Positions 45,112 to 53,591 of a stretch of DNA of 60,575 nt are shown piece by piece. Numbering within the stretch: the stretch's first letter is position 1; every line of letters begins with the position of its first letter. The stretch is from an uncultured Clostridia bacterium. Its GTDB lineage: Bacteria > Bacillota > Clostridia > TANB77 > CAG-508. The translations under genes and the position numbers were made by a program. The stretch lies in assembly GCA_944393135.1 (NCBI GenBank), contig CALXZC010000001.1:141748-202322 (forward strand), in the 5' to 3' direction. The notes under the pieces were generated by a model. The model ran no database searches. It saw only the letters and a list, made by a program, of their open reading frames with translations, and was not told the DNA's origin.

Positions 45112-45865
45112 ATTAAAAAGGAACCCAGAGAAATATAAAGAATACCTTAAAAAACATAGAGAGGACAATAAAAGATATAGAGAACGTAAAAAACAGGAAA
45201 AATTATTAAGTAATAAGAAAACTACACAGGTAGAAAGTAAATCTAAAACTAAAAATCAGTTACATTTAGAAAAACTTAAACAAAATCCAGAAAAATATGA
45301 AAAACATTTACAAAAGAAACGCGAGTACAAAAAACAATATAGAGCTAAACTAAAAGAAAACAATCCAGAAAAATATGAACAGATAAAAAAGTATAAGCGT
45401 GAGTGGAGTAGAAAGTGGAGACAAAATTTAAAGGAAAACGAACCAGAAAAATATAAGGAATATCTTAAAAAACAAAGAGAGCGAGTATCTAAATATCAAA
45501 AAGAACATAAAAATAAAGTTAACGCTTATCAAAGAGCTAGAAGAGCAAATCCTGAAACAAGAGATAAAATCCGTGAATATCAAAGAAATTATATAAAACA
45601 GTATAGATGTAATAATGTTAATAATATAAAACAAAAAGAAAAATGGTATAATGAAAATATAAGAGTTCCTAGACAAACAGTTTACGAAAATAAAATAAAA
45701 ACACTTCAGAACAGAAATGATAATTTAAAAACACAATTAATAAATCAAAAAAGAATTAAAAAACAACAAGTTAATAATCTAAAGAAAAAATTGGAATATG
45801 AAAAAACAATGAAAAATAAGTATAGAACTGAATTAAGTAATTTGAAAAAATCTTTAAGAAAATAA
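45089..45865 (+). CDS. very basic tandem-repeat protein (five ~28-aa NPEKY..Y.KK.RE units)
   Basis: Units begin RNPEKYKEYLKKHRE, QNPEKYEKHLQKKRE, NNPEKYEQIKKYKRE, NEPEKYKEYLKKQRE and ANPETRDKIREYQRN. ATG 45089 follows GGTGAGG. Confidence 0.6.
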   Translation: MTKEQLIELKRNPEKYKEYLKKHREDNKRYRERKKQEKLLSNKKTTQVESKSKTKNQLHLEKLKQNPEKYEKHLQKKREYKKQYRAKLKENNPEKYEQIKKYKREWSRKWRQNLKENEPEKYKEYLKKQRERVSKYQKEHKNKVNAYQRARRANPETRDKIREYQRNYIKQYRCNNVNNIKQKEKWYNENIRVPRQTVYENKIKTLQNRNDNLKTQLINQKRIKKQQVNNLKKKLEYEKTMKNKYRTELSNLKKSLRK

Positions 45866-45890
45866 TCGAAATTAGAAGGAGGAACAAATA

Positions 45891-46307
45891 ATGTCACAAT
45901 GTTCTAAAAATATAAATAATACACAAGATAAAATATTGTTACATTCAAAAATAATAGAAGGATTACACGAACTATATGTACAGAAGAACCACGATTATGG
46001 GGATTCTGTACACGATACATATACAAAGTATGGGTTGGTTTCTTTTTTAGTAAGAATGGAGGATAAATTAAATAGAGTTAGAACATTAAGCAAAAGTAAT
46101 ATTAAAGAGTCAGATATAAAGGTACAAGATGAAAAAATAGAAGATACTTTATTAGATTTAGCGAATTATGCTATTTTAGCTGTTATGGAATTAAGGTTAA
46201 ATACAAAATATAATAATACTAAAACTGATACAGATGATGTGGATGTACATCTTAATTCTACTAAAGAAATACTAGACCAGTATGAAAATCCAACAATATT
46301 TTATTAA
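45891..46307 (+). CDS. DUF1599-like (nucleotide-modification-associated domain 1-like) protein
   Basis: KNHDYGDS .. RMEDKLNRV .. DTLLDLANYAILAV pattern, identified from memory of the family. Confidence 0.45.
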   Translation: MSQCSKNINNTQDKILLHSKIIEGLHELYVQKNHDYGDSVHDTYTKYGLVSFLVRMEDKLNRVRTLSKSNIKESDIKVQDEKIEDTLLDLANYAILAVMELRLNTKYNNTKTDTDDVDVHLNSTKEILDQYENPTIFY

Positions 46308-46328
46308 TAGGAATAAGGAGAAAAATTT

Positions 46329-48287
46329 ATGAATATAAGATTTAAAGAAATTGATATAGAAAATTTTAGAAGTATTGATAAAGCTCATATAGTATTTGAA
46401 AATCAGGGTACTGTTATTGTAAAAGGTATTAATGAATATGAAAATAATGCTACTTCTAATGGAAGTGGAAAATCTAGTATATTTGAAGCTATAATTTATT
46501 CTATATTTGAAGAAACAAGTAGTGGAGAAAAAGATGTAACAAATAGAATAAAAAATAATGGATTTTGTTTAAATTTAAAATTTCAAGTAGATGGAATAGA
46601 TTATACTATTGTAAGAGAAAGTTCTAAAAGTAATAAATCTGTAGTAGTATTATATAAAAATGATGTCGATATTTCAGCACGTAATAAAACAGATACTAAT
46701 AAAATGATATTACAACTGTTAGGTATAAATAAAAGTATTTTTCTAGATAGTATATTTTTATCACAAAATGTTAGTACTAATTTAGCTTCATTAAGTCCTA
46801 CACAAAGAAAAGAAAGATTGGAAATATTAACTAATACAGATATGGTTATAAATAATTTTAAAGAAAAATTAAAAGAACAACAGGCAAATTTTGAATCTAT
46901 TTGTGTTAATACTCAAATGGATATTAACAAAATGCAGGGTAATATAGATTCATTACAAACTCAAAAACAAAATATTGAAATAAAAATAAATGAAATAAAC
47001 GAACAAATAAAACAAAGAGATTTGCTAGGTAATGTAGAAGATATAGAAAAACAATTAAATGAGTTACAACAAACTTTAGATAATTATAAAGTACAGATAA
47101 ATGATTTAGATAATAATATTATTACAGATATAGAAAAACAGATAGAAAATAAAAGACTTGAAGGAGAAGAAAATAGAAATAAAAAAAGTGAATTAGAAAA
47201 TCAATTAAATGATAAAAGACAAGAATATAATAATATGCAATTAAATGTTACAAGTATACAAAGTCAAATTGATTATTATAAAAGTGATATTATAAAAATA
47301 AATGAACAAATAGAGGAAATAAAAAATTCTGATAAATGTCCTACTTGTGGTAGAAAATATGAAAATAGTAATGAAGAACATATTAAACAAAAAATAGAAT
47401 CTTATAACAAAGATATAGAATCTTATAAACAACAAATAGAGGATACAACTAAAGTGGTTGAAGAAAAAAATAAACAATTAGAATTAATACAAAGTGAAGG
47501 AACTAAATTACGTATACAAGTGGATGAAATAGATAAATTAGTACAGCAAAATAATGAAGAAGTTAAACAAATTGAAGAAGTTAAAAAACAAAAAATACAA
47601 GAAAAACTTAATTTACAACAGCAGCAACAAAGTATAGAACAAGATATACAAAATTTAAGAAATAAAAAAGAACAAATATTAAGTTTTAAAGTAGGTAATG
47701 TAGATGAGTTTAAACAAATGTTATTAGATGTAGATACTAATATACAAACTATGCAAAAAGATATGGAAGTTAAACAACAAGAATTAGATACTAATAATAA
47801 TTATGTAGGTTCTATAAAACATAGTTTACAATTAGTAACAAAGGATTTTAGAACTTATTTATTACAAAATAGTATAACATATTTAAATACTTTATTAAAA
47901 ATTTATTCGGCTAAGTTATTTAGTAATGAAAAGGATATTATATATATTACACAGGATGATACAAAATTAAATATACAGCTTGACAATGCTACATATGAAA
48001 GTTTATCTGGAGGGGAAAAGACAAGAGTTAATATAGCTTTATTACTAGCACAAAAATCTCTTGCAAGTACAATAGGAAACATAAGTTGCAATATAATAAT
48101 ACTAGATGAGATTTTGGGTTATTGCGATGCACAAGCTGAGGAAAATGTTATTAATTTAATTACAACAGAATTAGAAAGTTTGGAAAGTATTTATATGATT
48201 AGTCATAAGGAAATACCTATTGGGTATGATACACAAATTATAGTTACAAAAAATAAACAAGGATTAAGTACAGTGAGGTGTTATTAA
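46329..48287 (+). CDS. sbcC: SbcC/Rad50-type ATPase
   Basis: Walker A NGSGKSSIFEAI, long coiled coil with a central CPTCGR zinc hook, signature LSGGEKTRV and Walker B IIILDE. Confidence 0.85.
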   Translation: MNIRFKEIDIENFRSIDKAHIVFENQGTVIVKGINEYENNATSNGSGKSSIFEAIIYSIFEETSSGEKDVTNRIKNNGFCLNLKFQVDGIDYTIVRESSKSNKSVVVLYKNDVDISARNKTDTNKMILQLLGINKSIFLDSIFLSQNVSTNLASLSPTQRKERLEILTNTDMVINNFKEKLKEQQANFESICVNTQMDINKMQGNIDSLQTQKQNIEIKINEINEQIKQRDLLGNVEDIEKQLNELQQTLDNYKVQINDLDNNIITDIEKQIENKRLEGEENRNKKSELENQLNDKRQEYNNMQLNVTSIQSQIDYYKSDIIKINEQIEEIKNSDKCPTCGRKYENSNEEHIKQKIESYNKDIESYKQQIEDTTKVVEEKNKQLELIQSEGTKLRIQVDEIDKLVQQNNEEVKQIEEVKKQKIQEKLNLQQQQQSIEQDIQNLRNKKEQILSFKVGNVDEFKQMLLDVDTNIQTMQKDMEVKQQELDTNNNYVGSIKHSLQLVTKDFRTYLLQNSITYLNTLLKIYSAKLFSNEKDIIYITQDDTKLNIQLDNATYESLSGGEKTRVNIALLLAQKSLASTIGNISCNIIILDEILGYCDAQAEENVINLITTELESLESIYMISHKEIPIGYDTQIIVTKNKQGLSTVRCY

Positions 48288-48292
48288 TATTG
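48276..48292 (+). promoter_or_regulatory. early-type motif copy at the sbcC 3' end
   Basis: AGGTGTTATTAATATTG. Confidence 0.3.
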
Positions 48293-48529
48293 ATTACAAC
48301 ATTACAAGTATATTTACTATGTGTTTTTATTACATTTACAATATTATATACTAATTATTTAACAAATATACAGATTATAACGGTAGAGGATAAGGATGTA
48401 CAAAAATTATTACAAAATAAGTTAATTTTATTTATATTATTATTTATTATATCTATTTTATGGTTTATTATATTACCTACCACTATATTAAGCGAAGTAT
48501 ATACAACAAAGAGAGGAGGCAATAAATAA
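48278..48529 (+). CDS. small membrane protein (two hydrophobic segments)
   Basis: GTG start. LLILITTLQVYLLCVFITFTILY and LILFILLFIISILWFIILPTTIL. Confidence 0.45.
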   Translation: MLLILITTLQVYLLCVFITFTILYTNYLTNIQIITVEDKDVQKLLQNKLILFILLFIISILWFIILPTTILSEVYTTKRGGNK

Positions 48530-48723
48530 TGATATATATAACAGAATACAGTATTAGTATATTATTAATATTTATTATATTTTTGTCTACTTTTAAATTA
48601 GTAAATTATTTAAAAAATAAAAAAAAGTTAAGTGAGGTATTATTATTTATTAAAAGTAAAAATAAAAATATAAATAAAAATAAATTTAGAAAATGTTTAA
48701 AAATTATAAAGGAGGAATGTTAA
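48529..48723 (+). CDS. small single-TM protein
   Basis: ATAATG-coupled. ISILLIFIIFLSTF followed by a basic tail. Confidence 0.45.
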   Translation: MIYITEYSISILLIFIIFLSTFKLVNYLKNKKKLSEVLLFIKSKNKNINKNKFRKCLKIIKEEC

Positions 48724-49185
48724 ATGTCAAATAATATTAAATTTGAGTATGTGTCAAGAGTCTTAGAACAAAATAATAATTTTTCTTTACCTGTAAAAGG
48801 AAGTAAAAATGCTGCTGGGTATGATTTTATTAATCCAGAAGAAGTAACAATACAACCAAAAGAAATAAAATATGTAAAAACAGGAATTAAAGCTATGTTT
48901 CCAGATAATATCGCATTATTATTATTTAATAGAAGTTCTAATCCTAAAAAGAAGAATTTAATTTTAATTAATGGAGTAGGAGTTGTAGACGCTGATTATT
49001 ATAATAATGAAGATAACGAAGGAGAAATAGCTTTCGCTTTTTATAATATATCTGCCATTCCATTAACTATACAAAAAGGAGAAAAATTAGGGCAAGGAAT
49101 GTTTGTAAAGTATGAAGATATAAGTGATTATAATTCGGAAAATGTAAATGAAAGAAAAGGTGGATTTGGTAGTACAGGTGAATAA
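48724..49185 (+). CDS. dut: dUTP diphosphatase (trimeric dUTPase)
   Basis: AAGYDF, NRSS, GVVDADYYNN, GEKLGQGMF and RKGGFGSTG are dUTPase motifs 1-5. Confidence 0.85.
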   Translation: MSNNIKFEYVSRVLEQNNNFSLPVKGSKNAAGYDFINPEEVTIQPKEIKYVKTGIKAMFPDNIALLLFNRSSNPKKKNLILINGVGVVDADYYNNEDNEGEIAFAFYNISAIPLTIQKGEKLGQGMFVKYEDISDYNSENVNERKGGFGSTGE

Positions 49186-49375
49186 TATAAAATTTATACC
49201 AAATAATACATACCGTATAGAATTAAGTTTTAGTATTGAATACACAATAGAGGAGATTACAAAGTTAACAAATGAATATATAAAGGACTGTTCACATTAT
49301 TTTGAGTCACAAACACAAATACCAAAATATTACAGAAAAATACATTTAAAAAAGGAATCAAGTATATTAGGGTAA
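49148..49375 (+). CDS. hypothetical protein (start uncertain, overlaps the dut 3' end)
   Basis: 75-aa ORF. A GTG at 49178 is an alternative start. Confidence 0.3.
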   Translation: MKEKVDLVVQVNNIKFIPNNTYRIELSFSIEYTIEEITKLTNEYIKDCSHYFESQTQIPKYYRKIHLKKESSILG

Positions 49376-49390
49376 AGGTGTGAGTTAAAA

Positions 49391-49660
49391 ATGGCAGATA
49401 AGGATTTTAATACACAAGATAATTTTAAAAAAAGATATGCTGCTATGTATAAGTTGCAAAAAATTATAATGAAGTTTAGAATGTTAAAAAATGTTAAGTT
49501 TACATCACGAGAAGATGCTAGTTTAGGTAGAATGATAAATTCCTTACAACATTGGATGGATAGACTTGAAAGTGATTATTATATGTTATATAAAGAAGCC
49601 GATTATATAGATTTAAGGGAGTATATAAAGAAAAATGATAATGGAAATAAGAACAAATAA
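49391..49660 (+). CDS. hypothetical protein
   Basis: 89-aa ORF. Confidence 0.45.
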   Translation: MADKDFNTQDNFKKRYAAMYKLQKIIMKFRMLKNVKFTSREDASLGRMINSLQHWMDRLESDYYMLYKEADYIDLREYIKKNDNGNKNK

Positions 49661-49802
49661 TTTTAAAAATAAATGTGGAAATTGTAAATTTTTTAAGACA
49701 AAAAATCATATAGATGGTGAATGTGTTAATAAGGAAAATAAAATAAAAATAAAACAAAGGTATTATAATAGTCCATCTTGTGTTCAAAAGGAGGTTAAAT
49801 AA
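49641..49802 (+). CDS. Cys-rich mini protein (53 aa, zinc-ribbon-like)
   Basis: CGNC..C..C pattern. Not in the ORF track. The AAAAGGAGG at its 3' end serves the next gene. Confidence 0.4.
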   Translation: MEIRTNNFKNKCGNCKFFKTKNHIDGECVNKENKIKIKQRYYNSPSCVQKEVK

Positions 49803-50246
49803 GTGGATTTAGATGAAGATGAAACACTTTATACAAGAAAATTAATACAACCTGTAAACGATAAAAATCGTATAGTTTTATGTGGTAGTAAGAAAGTACA
49901 AGAAGATATAATTAGATTAGCTAAGTTGTTAAAAAGTTTACATTTCGAAGTAATAGTTCCTAAAGAATTTTTTGATGATTTAGATAAATATATAGCAACT
50001 AAAGAACATATATCACAAATAATTGATGATAAAACTTATGCGATATTGGTAGTTAATAATAAGGCGTATGATAAAGATAATTATATAGGTGCAAATACTT
50101 TTGCCGAAATAGCTTTCGCTTTCTATTATAATAAAAAAGTATATTTGTTAAATGATATTTATAAGCCTTATAAAGAAGAATTAGATGGTTGGAATGTTAA
50201 ATGTTGTAATGGTAAATTAAATAGATTAATTAAAGATACTTTATAA
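49803..50246 (+). CDS. nucleoside 2-deoxyribosyltransferase-like fold protein (tentative)
   Basis: GTG start after AAGGAGGT. IVLCGS .. ANTFAEIAFAFYYNKKVYLL pattern. Confidence 0.3.
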   Translation: MDLDEDETLYTRKLIQPVNDKNRIVLCGSKKVQEDIIRLAKLLKSLHFEVIVPKEFFDDLDKYIATKEHISQIIDDKTYAILVVNNKAYDKDNYIGANTFAEIAFAFYYNKKVYLLNDIYKPYKEELDGWNVKCCNGKLNRLIKDTL

Positions 50247-50260
50247 AGGAGATAATAAAT

Positions 50261-50860
50261 ATGAATAAACCCTTATTTAGATTAGTTTATAAAGAATATA
50301 TAGATAGACATAATGAAATTACAGGTAGTTGGTCTGTATATGTAAATTATTTAAATAAAGATATTTTATTATATAATACTTTTTCAGAAAATTGGGCAAA
50401 GATTGCTTTAAAAAGATTAAAAGATAATTGGGATAGTTATATATGTTGTTTTATAAATAATAAAGATGTGCCTGTAATGTTTGAACGTGATGATGCTATT
50501 TATAAATTAAACTATATATTTCCAGAACAAAGTTGTGTTGTAGGTTCACAAATTAAAGGTAATAAACATTATGCTATATATTGTCCTGAAGGGCAAAAAT
50601 TCGATTATATACACGATACAGTTTTCTTTTATAAAGAAGGAGAATGTTTAGTAAAAAATAACCAATTATTTTTAAACGGTGAGTTACTATTAAATAGTCA
50701 AGAATTAAAAAATGTATGTCATAATATTGGTCAAGATTTTAATAGTCTAGATTATAATGCCGATAAATTAATACAATATATTGTAACAACTTATCCACAA
50801 GCTAATGCTTATATTTGTAATGGTTATTGTAGTTATAACATAGGAAAGGAAAAAGATTAA
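50261..50860 (+). CDS. hypothetical protein
   Basis: 199-aa ORF with AAGGAGA RBS. Confidence 0.5.
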   Translation: MNKPLFRLVYKEYIDRHNEITGSWSVYVNYLNKDILLYNTFSENWAKIALKRLKDNWDSYICCFINNKDVPVMFERDDAIYKLNYIFPEQSCVVGSQIKGNKHYAIYCPEGQKFDYIHDTVFFYKEGECLVKNNQLFLNGELLLNSQELKNVCHNIGQDFNSLDYNADKLIQYIVTTYPQANAYICNGYCSYNIGKEKD

Positions 50861-50861
50861 T

Positions 50862-50975
50862 ATGATAACAACTTTTATTGGTCCTATGTTTAGCGGTAAA
50901 TCTGAAAAATTATTATAGGTAGTAATGAGTATGTGCCTATATGTAAAGATTGTATACGAAAAGAGGTGATAATAG
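50862..50975 (+). pseudogene. tdk: thymidine kinase relic (P-loop N-terminus plus C-terminal Cys motif, middle deleted)
   Basis: MITTFIGPMFSGKSEKLL then TAG. In another frame, IGSNEYVPICKDCIRKE matches the Tdk C-terminus. Confidence 0.7.
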
Positions 50976-50978
50976 ATA

Positions 50979-51299
50979 ATGGCAAAAGTAACGTTTGAGT
51001 TTGATGATAGAGATGAATCTTTGGATATAAAAGGTGTTGTAGGTCGTAATACTTTGATAGCAGCTGTAAACGAAATTAATGAACTATATAGAAACATTTA
51101 TAACGAAAAAATTTATGAAAAAGATATACAAATTTATGTAAAAAGTGACGGCTGTGTGGCAACAGATAAAGATTATGAAAATGTAGCAAAAACAGGAGAA
51201 TTATTAAAAGGTGGTAAACAATATTTAGACAAGGAATGGGTAGAAAAACAATTAGAAGAAATTGTTGATAATGTTAAAGAATTTTTATATTATTATTAG
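50979..51299 (+). CDS. hypothetical protein
   Basis: 106-aa ORF. Confidence 0.5.
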   Translation: MAKVTFEFDDRDESLDIKGVVGRNTLIAAVNEINELYRNIYNEKIYEKDIQIYVKSDGCVATDKDYENVAKTGELLKGGKQYLDKEWVEKQLEEIVDNVKEFLYYY

Positions 51300-51313
51300 G
51301 AGGTAGATTATTT

Positions 51314-52042
51314 ATGAGTAACTTAATAAAATTTGCACAAGATGAATTAGATAGAATAGCAGAAGGTTGTAAAAACGATAAAGAAGAATATGATATGCAA
51401 CAAGTTATAAATAAAGATATAATGGATATTATAAAAACATTTAGTAAACAAGGACATACCGGTATGACAGCTGGATATACTATATCTATGCTAAGTAGAT
51501 TATTAAATTATAAACCAATAACACCTTTAACAGGTGAAGAGGATGAATGGGAAGATGTATCTGATATGTATAATGATGGTATAAAGCATTATCAAAATAA
51601 AAGATGTCCTGCAGTATTTAAGGACGAAGATGGAAAATGTTATAATGTAGAAGCTAAAGTATTTTCGGATGATAATGGACATACTTGGTATACAAGTGGT
51701 GATAGTCGAGAGTATATAACATTTCCTTATACTGTACCAAATACTCCGCAATCAGTAATAATTGATAATCAGGCAGAAAGAACGAAAGTGCAACAAGAAA
51801 TTAAACAACTTATAGAATCTATTACAGGTGTTGAAATTACAAAAGAATTTACAGAGGATTCTTATTTAAAAGATTTTTTAGATATTAATTTATACGAACA
51901 ACTACAAACAAAAATAATTGAAAAATATAATATAAAAAAATGTTTATTTGATATAACTAAACAATGTGAAGATACGCAAATATGGGAATTAATTAATATA
52001 GTTTTTAATTCAGATAAAAAGGAGCAAAATATAAATGACTAA
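51314..52042 (+). CDS. hypothetical protein
   Basis: 242-aa ORF with AGGAGGT RBS. Confidence 0.5.
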   Translation: MSNLIKFAQDELDRIAEGCKNDKEEYDMQQVINKDIMDIIKTFSKQGHTGMTAGYTISMLSRLLNYKPITPLTGEEDEWEDVSDMYNDGIKHYQNKRCPAVFKDEDGKCYNVEAKVFSDDNGHTWYTSGDSREYITFPYTVPNTPQSVIIDNQAERTKVQQEIKQLIESITGVEITKEFTEDSYLKDFLDINLYEQLQTKIIEKYNIKKCLFDITKQCEDTQIWELINIVFNSDKKEQNIND

Positions 52043-52289
52043 AGATATTAATAAGTCGGTACAGGATTTAAGAGACGATTATTTTTGTTTGGATAAAAGT
52101 TTACAAAATGAAATAAATAATTTTATTAAACAATTACCATCACAACAAATAACAACTGTACAATTACAACAATTATTACAACAACATTTTAATAAAGATA
52201 TTTCCCAAAATAGTATAAAATATGCTATGCTATTAAATAATTTTATTCCGGAAGATATGCATAAAACTAATTGGAAATTTACAATATAA
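52035..52289 (+). CDS. hypothetical protein
   Basis: 84-aa ORF, overlap-coupled. Confidence 0.45.
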   Translation: MTKDINKSVQDLRDDYFCLDKSLQNEINNFIKQLPSQQITTVQLQQLLQQHFNKDISQNSIKYAMLLNNFIPEDMHKTNWKFTI

Positions 52290-52309
52290 TAAATTAAAGG
52301 AGGAAATTA

Positions 52310-52657
52310 ATGAAAAAACAAATAGTAGATAGTTTAATAAATGATTTAAAATCTATAAAAAATATTACAGATAAACAGGAATATTTGGTATCCTCTAAAG
52401 TTAATACAATTTATACAAAGATGCTTCCGGAATTGGAAAAAGAATCTAAAAGATTAAGTGATTCTGATGTAGAAATAACAAGTCCTAAAATTTTAATTTT
52501 AGAGTATAATAAATTTGATTCGTCTTCGCAAAATATGTGTGAAACATTTAGTAAGCAAATTAATAAGGAATTACAAAACTTAGTTATAAACAATTATAAA
52601 ATAATTGATTATGGATTAATAAATAAAGAAGTAGCATATATTAAATATACAGACTAG
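52310..52657 (+). CDS. hypothetical protein
   Basis: 115-aa ORF with AAGGAGGA RBS. Confidence 0.5.
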   Translation: MKKQIVDSLINDLKSIKNITDKQEYLVSSKVNTIYTKMLPELEKESKRLSDSDVEITSPKILILEYNKFDSSSQNMCETFSKQINKELQNLVINNYKIIDYGLINKEVAYIKYTD

Positions 52658-52674
52658 GTGTTATAATATATAAG
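52656..52674 (+). promoter_or_regulatory. early-type promoter motif heading the chaperonin block
   Basis: AGGTGTTATAATATATAAG. Confidence 0.55.
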
Positions 52675-52697
52675 TTGGTGGAAGAGGAGTAAGTAAT

Positions 52698-53027
52698 ATG
52701 CAATATTATATAAAAGTATTTAACGAGAATACAGGTGAGCTTGTAGGTTATTACAAAGAAACAGGTAGAAATTGTATTTCAAAACTTATGAATGGAATAA
52801 AATATTTTACAGAATTAGATAAAGCTTTAATAATAGCAAACGAATTAAACGGTGGTTTTGTAAGAGATAAGGATAAACATTATTATACAGCCTATACTTC
52901 CGTTTATGGAGATAATAATCGTCAACCACCAAAAATTCAATATAAAAGTAGACAGGAAAAGGAGAGTGAATTAGCTGATGAACTGGAAACCTTTATACGA
53001 AAAAATCGTAGTGAAAATGTTGAATAA
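52698..53027 (+). CDS. hypothetical protein
   Basis: 109-aa ORF with GGAAGAGGAG RBS. Its 3' end overlaps groES by 50 nt. Confidence 0.5.
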   Translation: MQYYIKVFNENTGELVGYYKETGRNCISKLMNGIKYFTELDKALIIANELNGGFVRDKDKHYYTAYTSVYGDNNRQPPKIQYKSRQEKESELADELETFIRKNRSENVE

Positions 53028-53286
53028 ACAAGAAATAGAGTCAGAAACAGGTTTAACTTTTATAAAGGATTTAAGTACATCCAAACATACTACAATAAAA
53101 GGAGAAGTTGTTGCTGTAGGTGAAGGTAGATTAATGGCAAATGGTACCGTAGTACCTTTAAAAGTTAAAGTTGGGGATACTGTTGTATTTTCAAAAATGC
53201 AAGGCGAAAGTTATGAAGATGGTAAAAACGAATATACAATATTATCTGAATCAAATATTTTAGCAATTATAAAGGAGGAAAAATAA
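52978..53286 (+). CDS. groS: co-chaperonin GroES
   Basis: MNWKPLYEKIVVK.., GEVVAVGEG, VKVGDTVVFSK and EYTILSESNILAII align over the full length to the GroES pattern. Confidence 0.8.
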   Translation: MNWKPLYEKIVVKMLNKQEIESETGLTFIKDLSTSKHTTIKGEVVAVGEGRLMANGTVVPLKVKVGDTVVFSKMQGESYEDGKNEYTILSESNILAIIKEEK

Positions 53287-53591
53287 TGCAAATTACAAGT
53301 GTAAGAATTAAAAAAACAAATAACGATAAAGTATTAGGTATAGCTAGTATTCAATTAGATAATTGTTTAGTTATACACGGTATTAAATTAATACAATTAG
53401 AGGATAAAAGAATTATTAGTTTTCCTAATAAAAAAATTAAAAAATACGAAGTAGACGACAATGGAGAATATGTAACAAAAGATGAATATACAGATGTTGT
53501 ACACCCATCAAATTCTGAATTTAGAAAATATATTGAAGATGCTTTATTTGAAATTTACGATAAAGAAGGAGTTGAAAATAAGGATGAGTAA
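53286..53591 (+). CDS. spoVG: SpoVG-family protein
   Basis: MQITSVRIKKTNNDKVLGIASIQLDNCLVIHGIKLI..SFPNKK..DVVHPSNSEFRKYIEDALFEIY matches B. subtilis SpoVG ([37 protein letters not shown]..). Confidence 0.85.
   Translation: MQITSVRIKKTNNDKVLGIASIQLDNCLVIHGIKLIQLEDKRIISFPNKKIKKYEVDDNGEYVTKDEYTDVVHPSNSEFRKYIEDALFEIYDKEGVENKDE

Noticed and set aside
53482-53583. N-terminal 34-aa extension of GroEL given in the ORF track
   Set aside because: GroEL homology begins at ATG 53584 ([13 protein letters not shown]..), which has its own RBS. The extension lies inside the spoVG-like gene in another frame.
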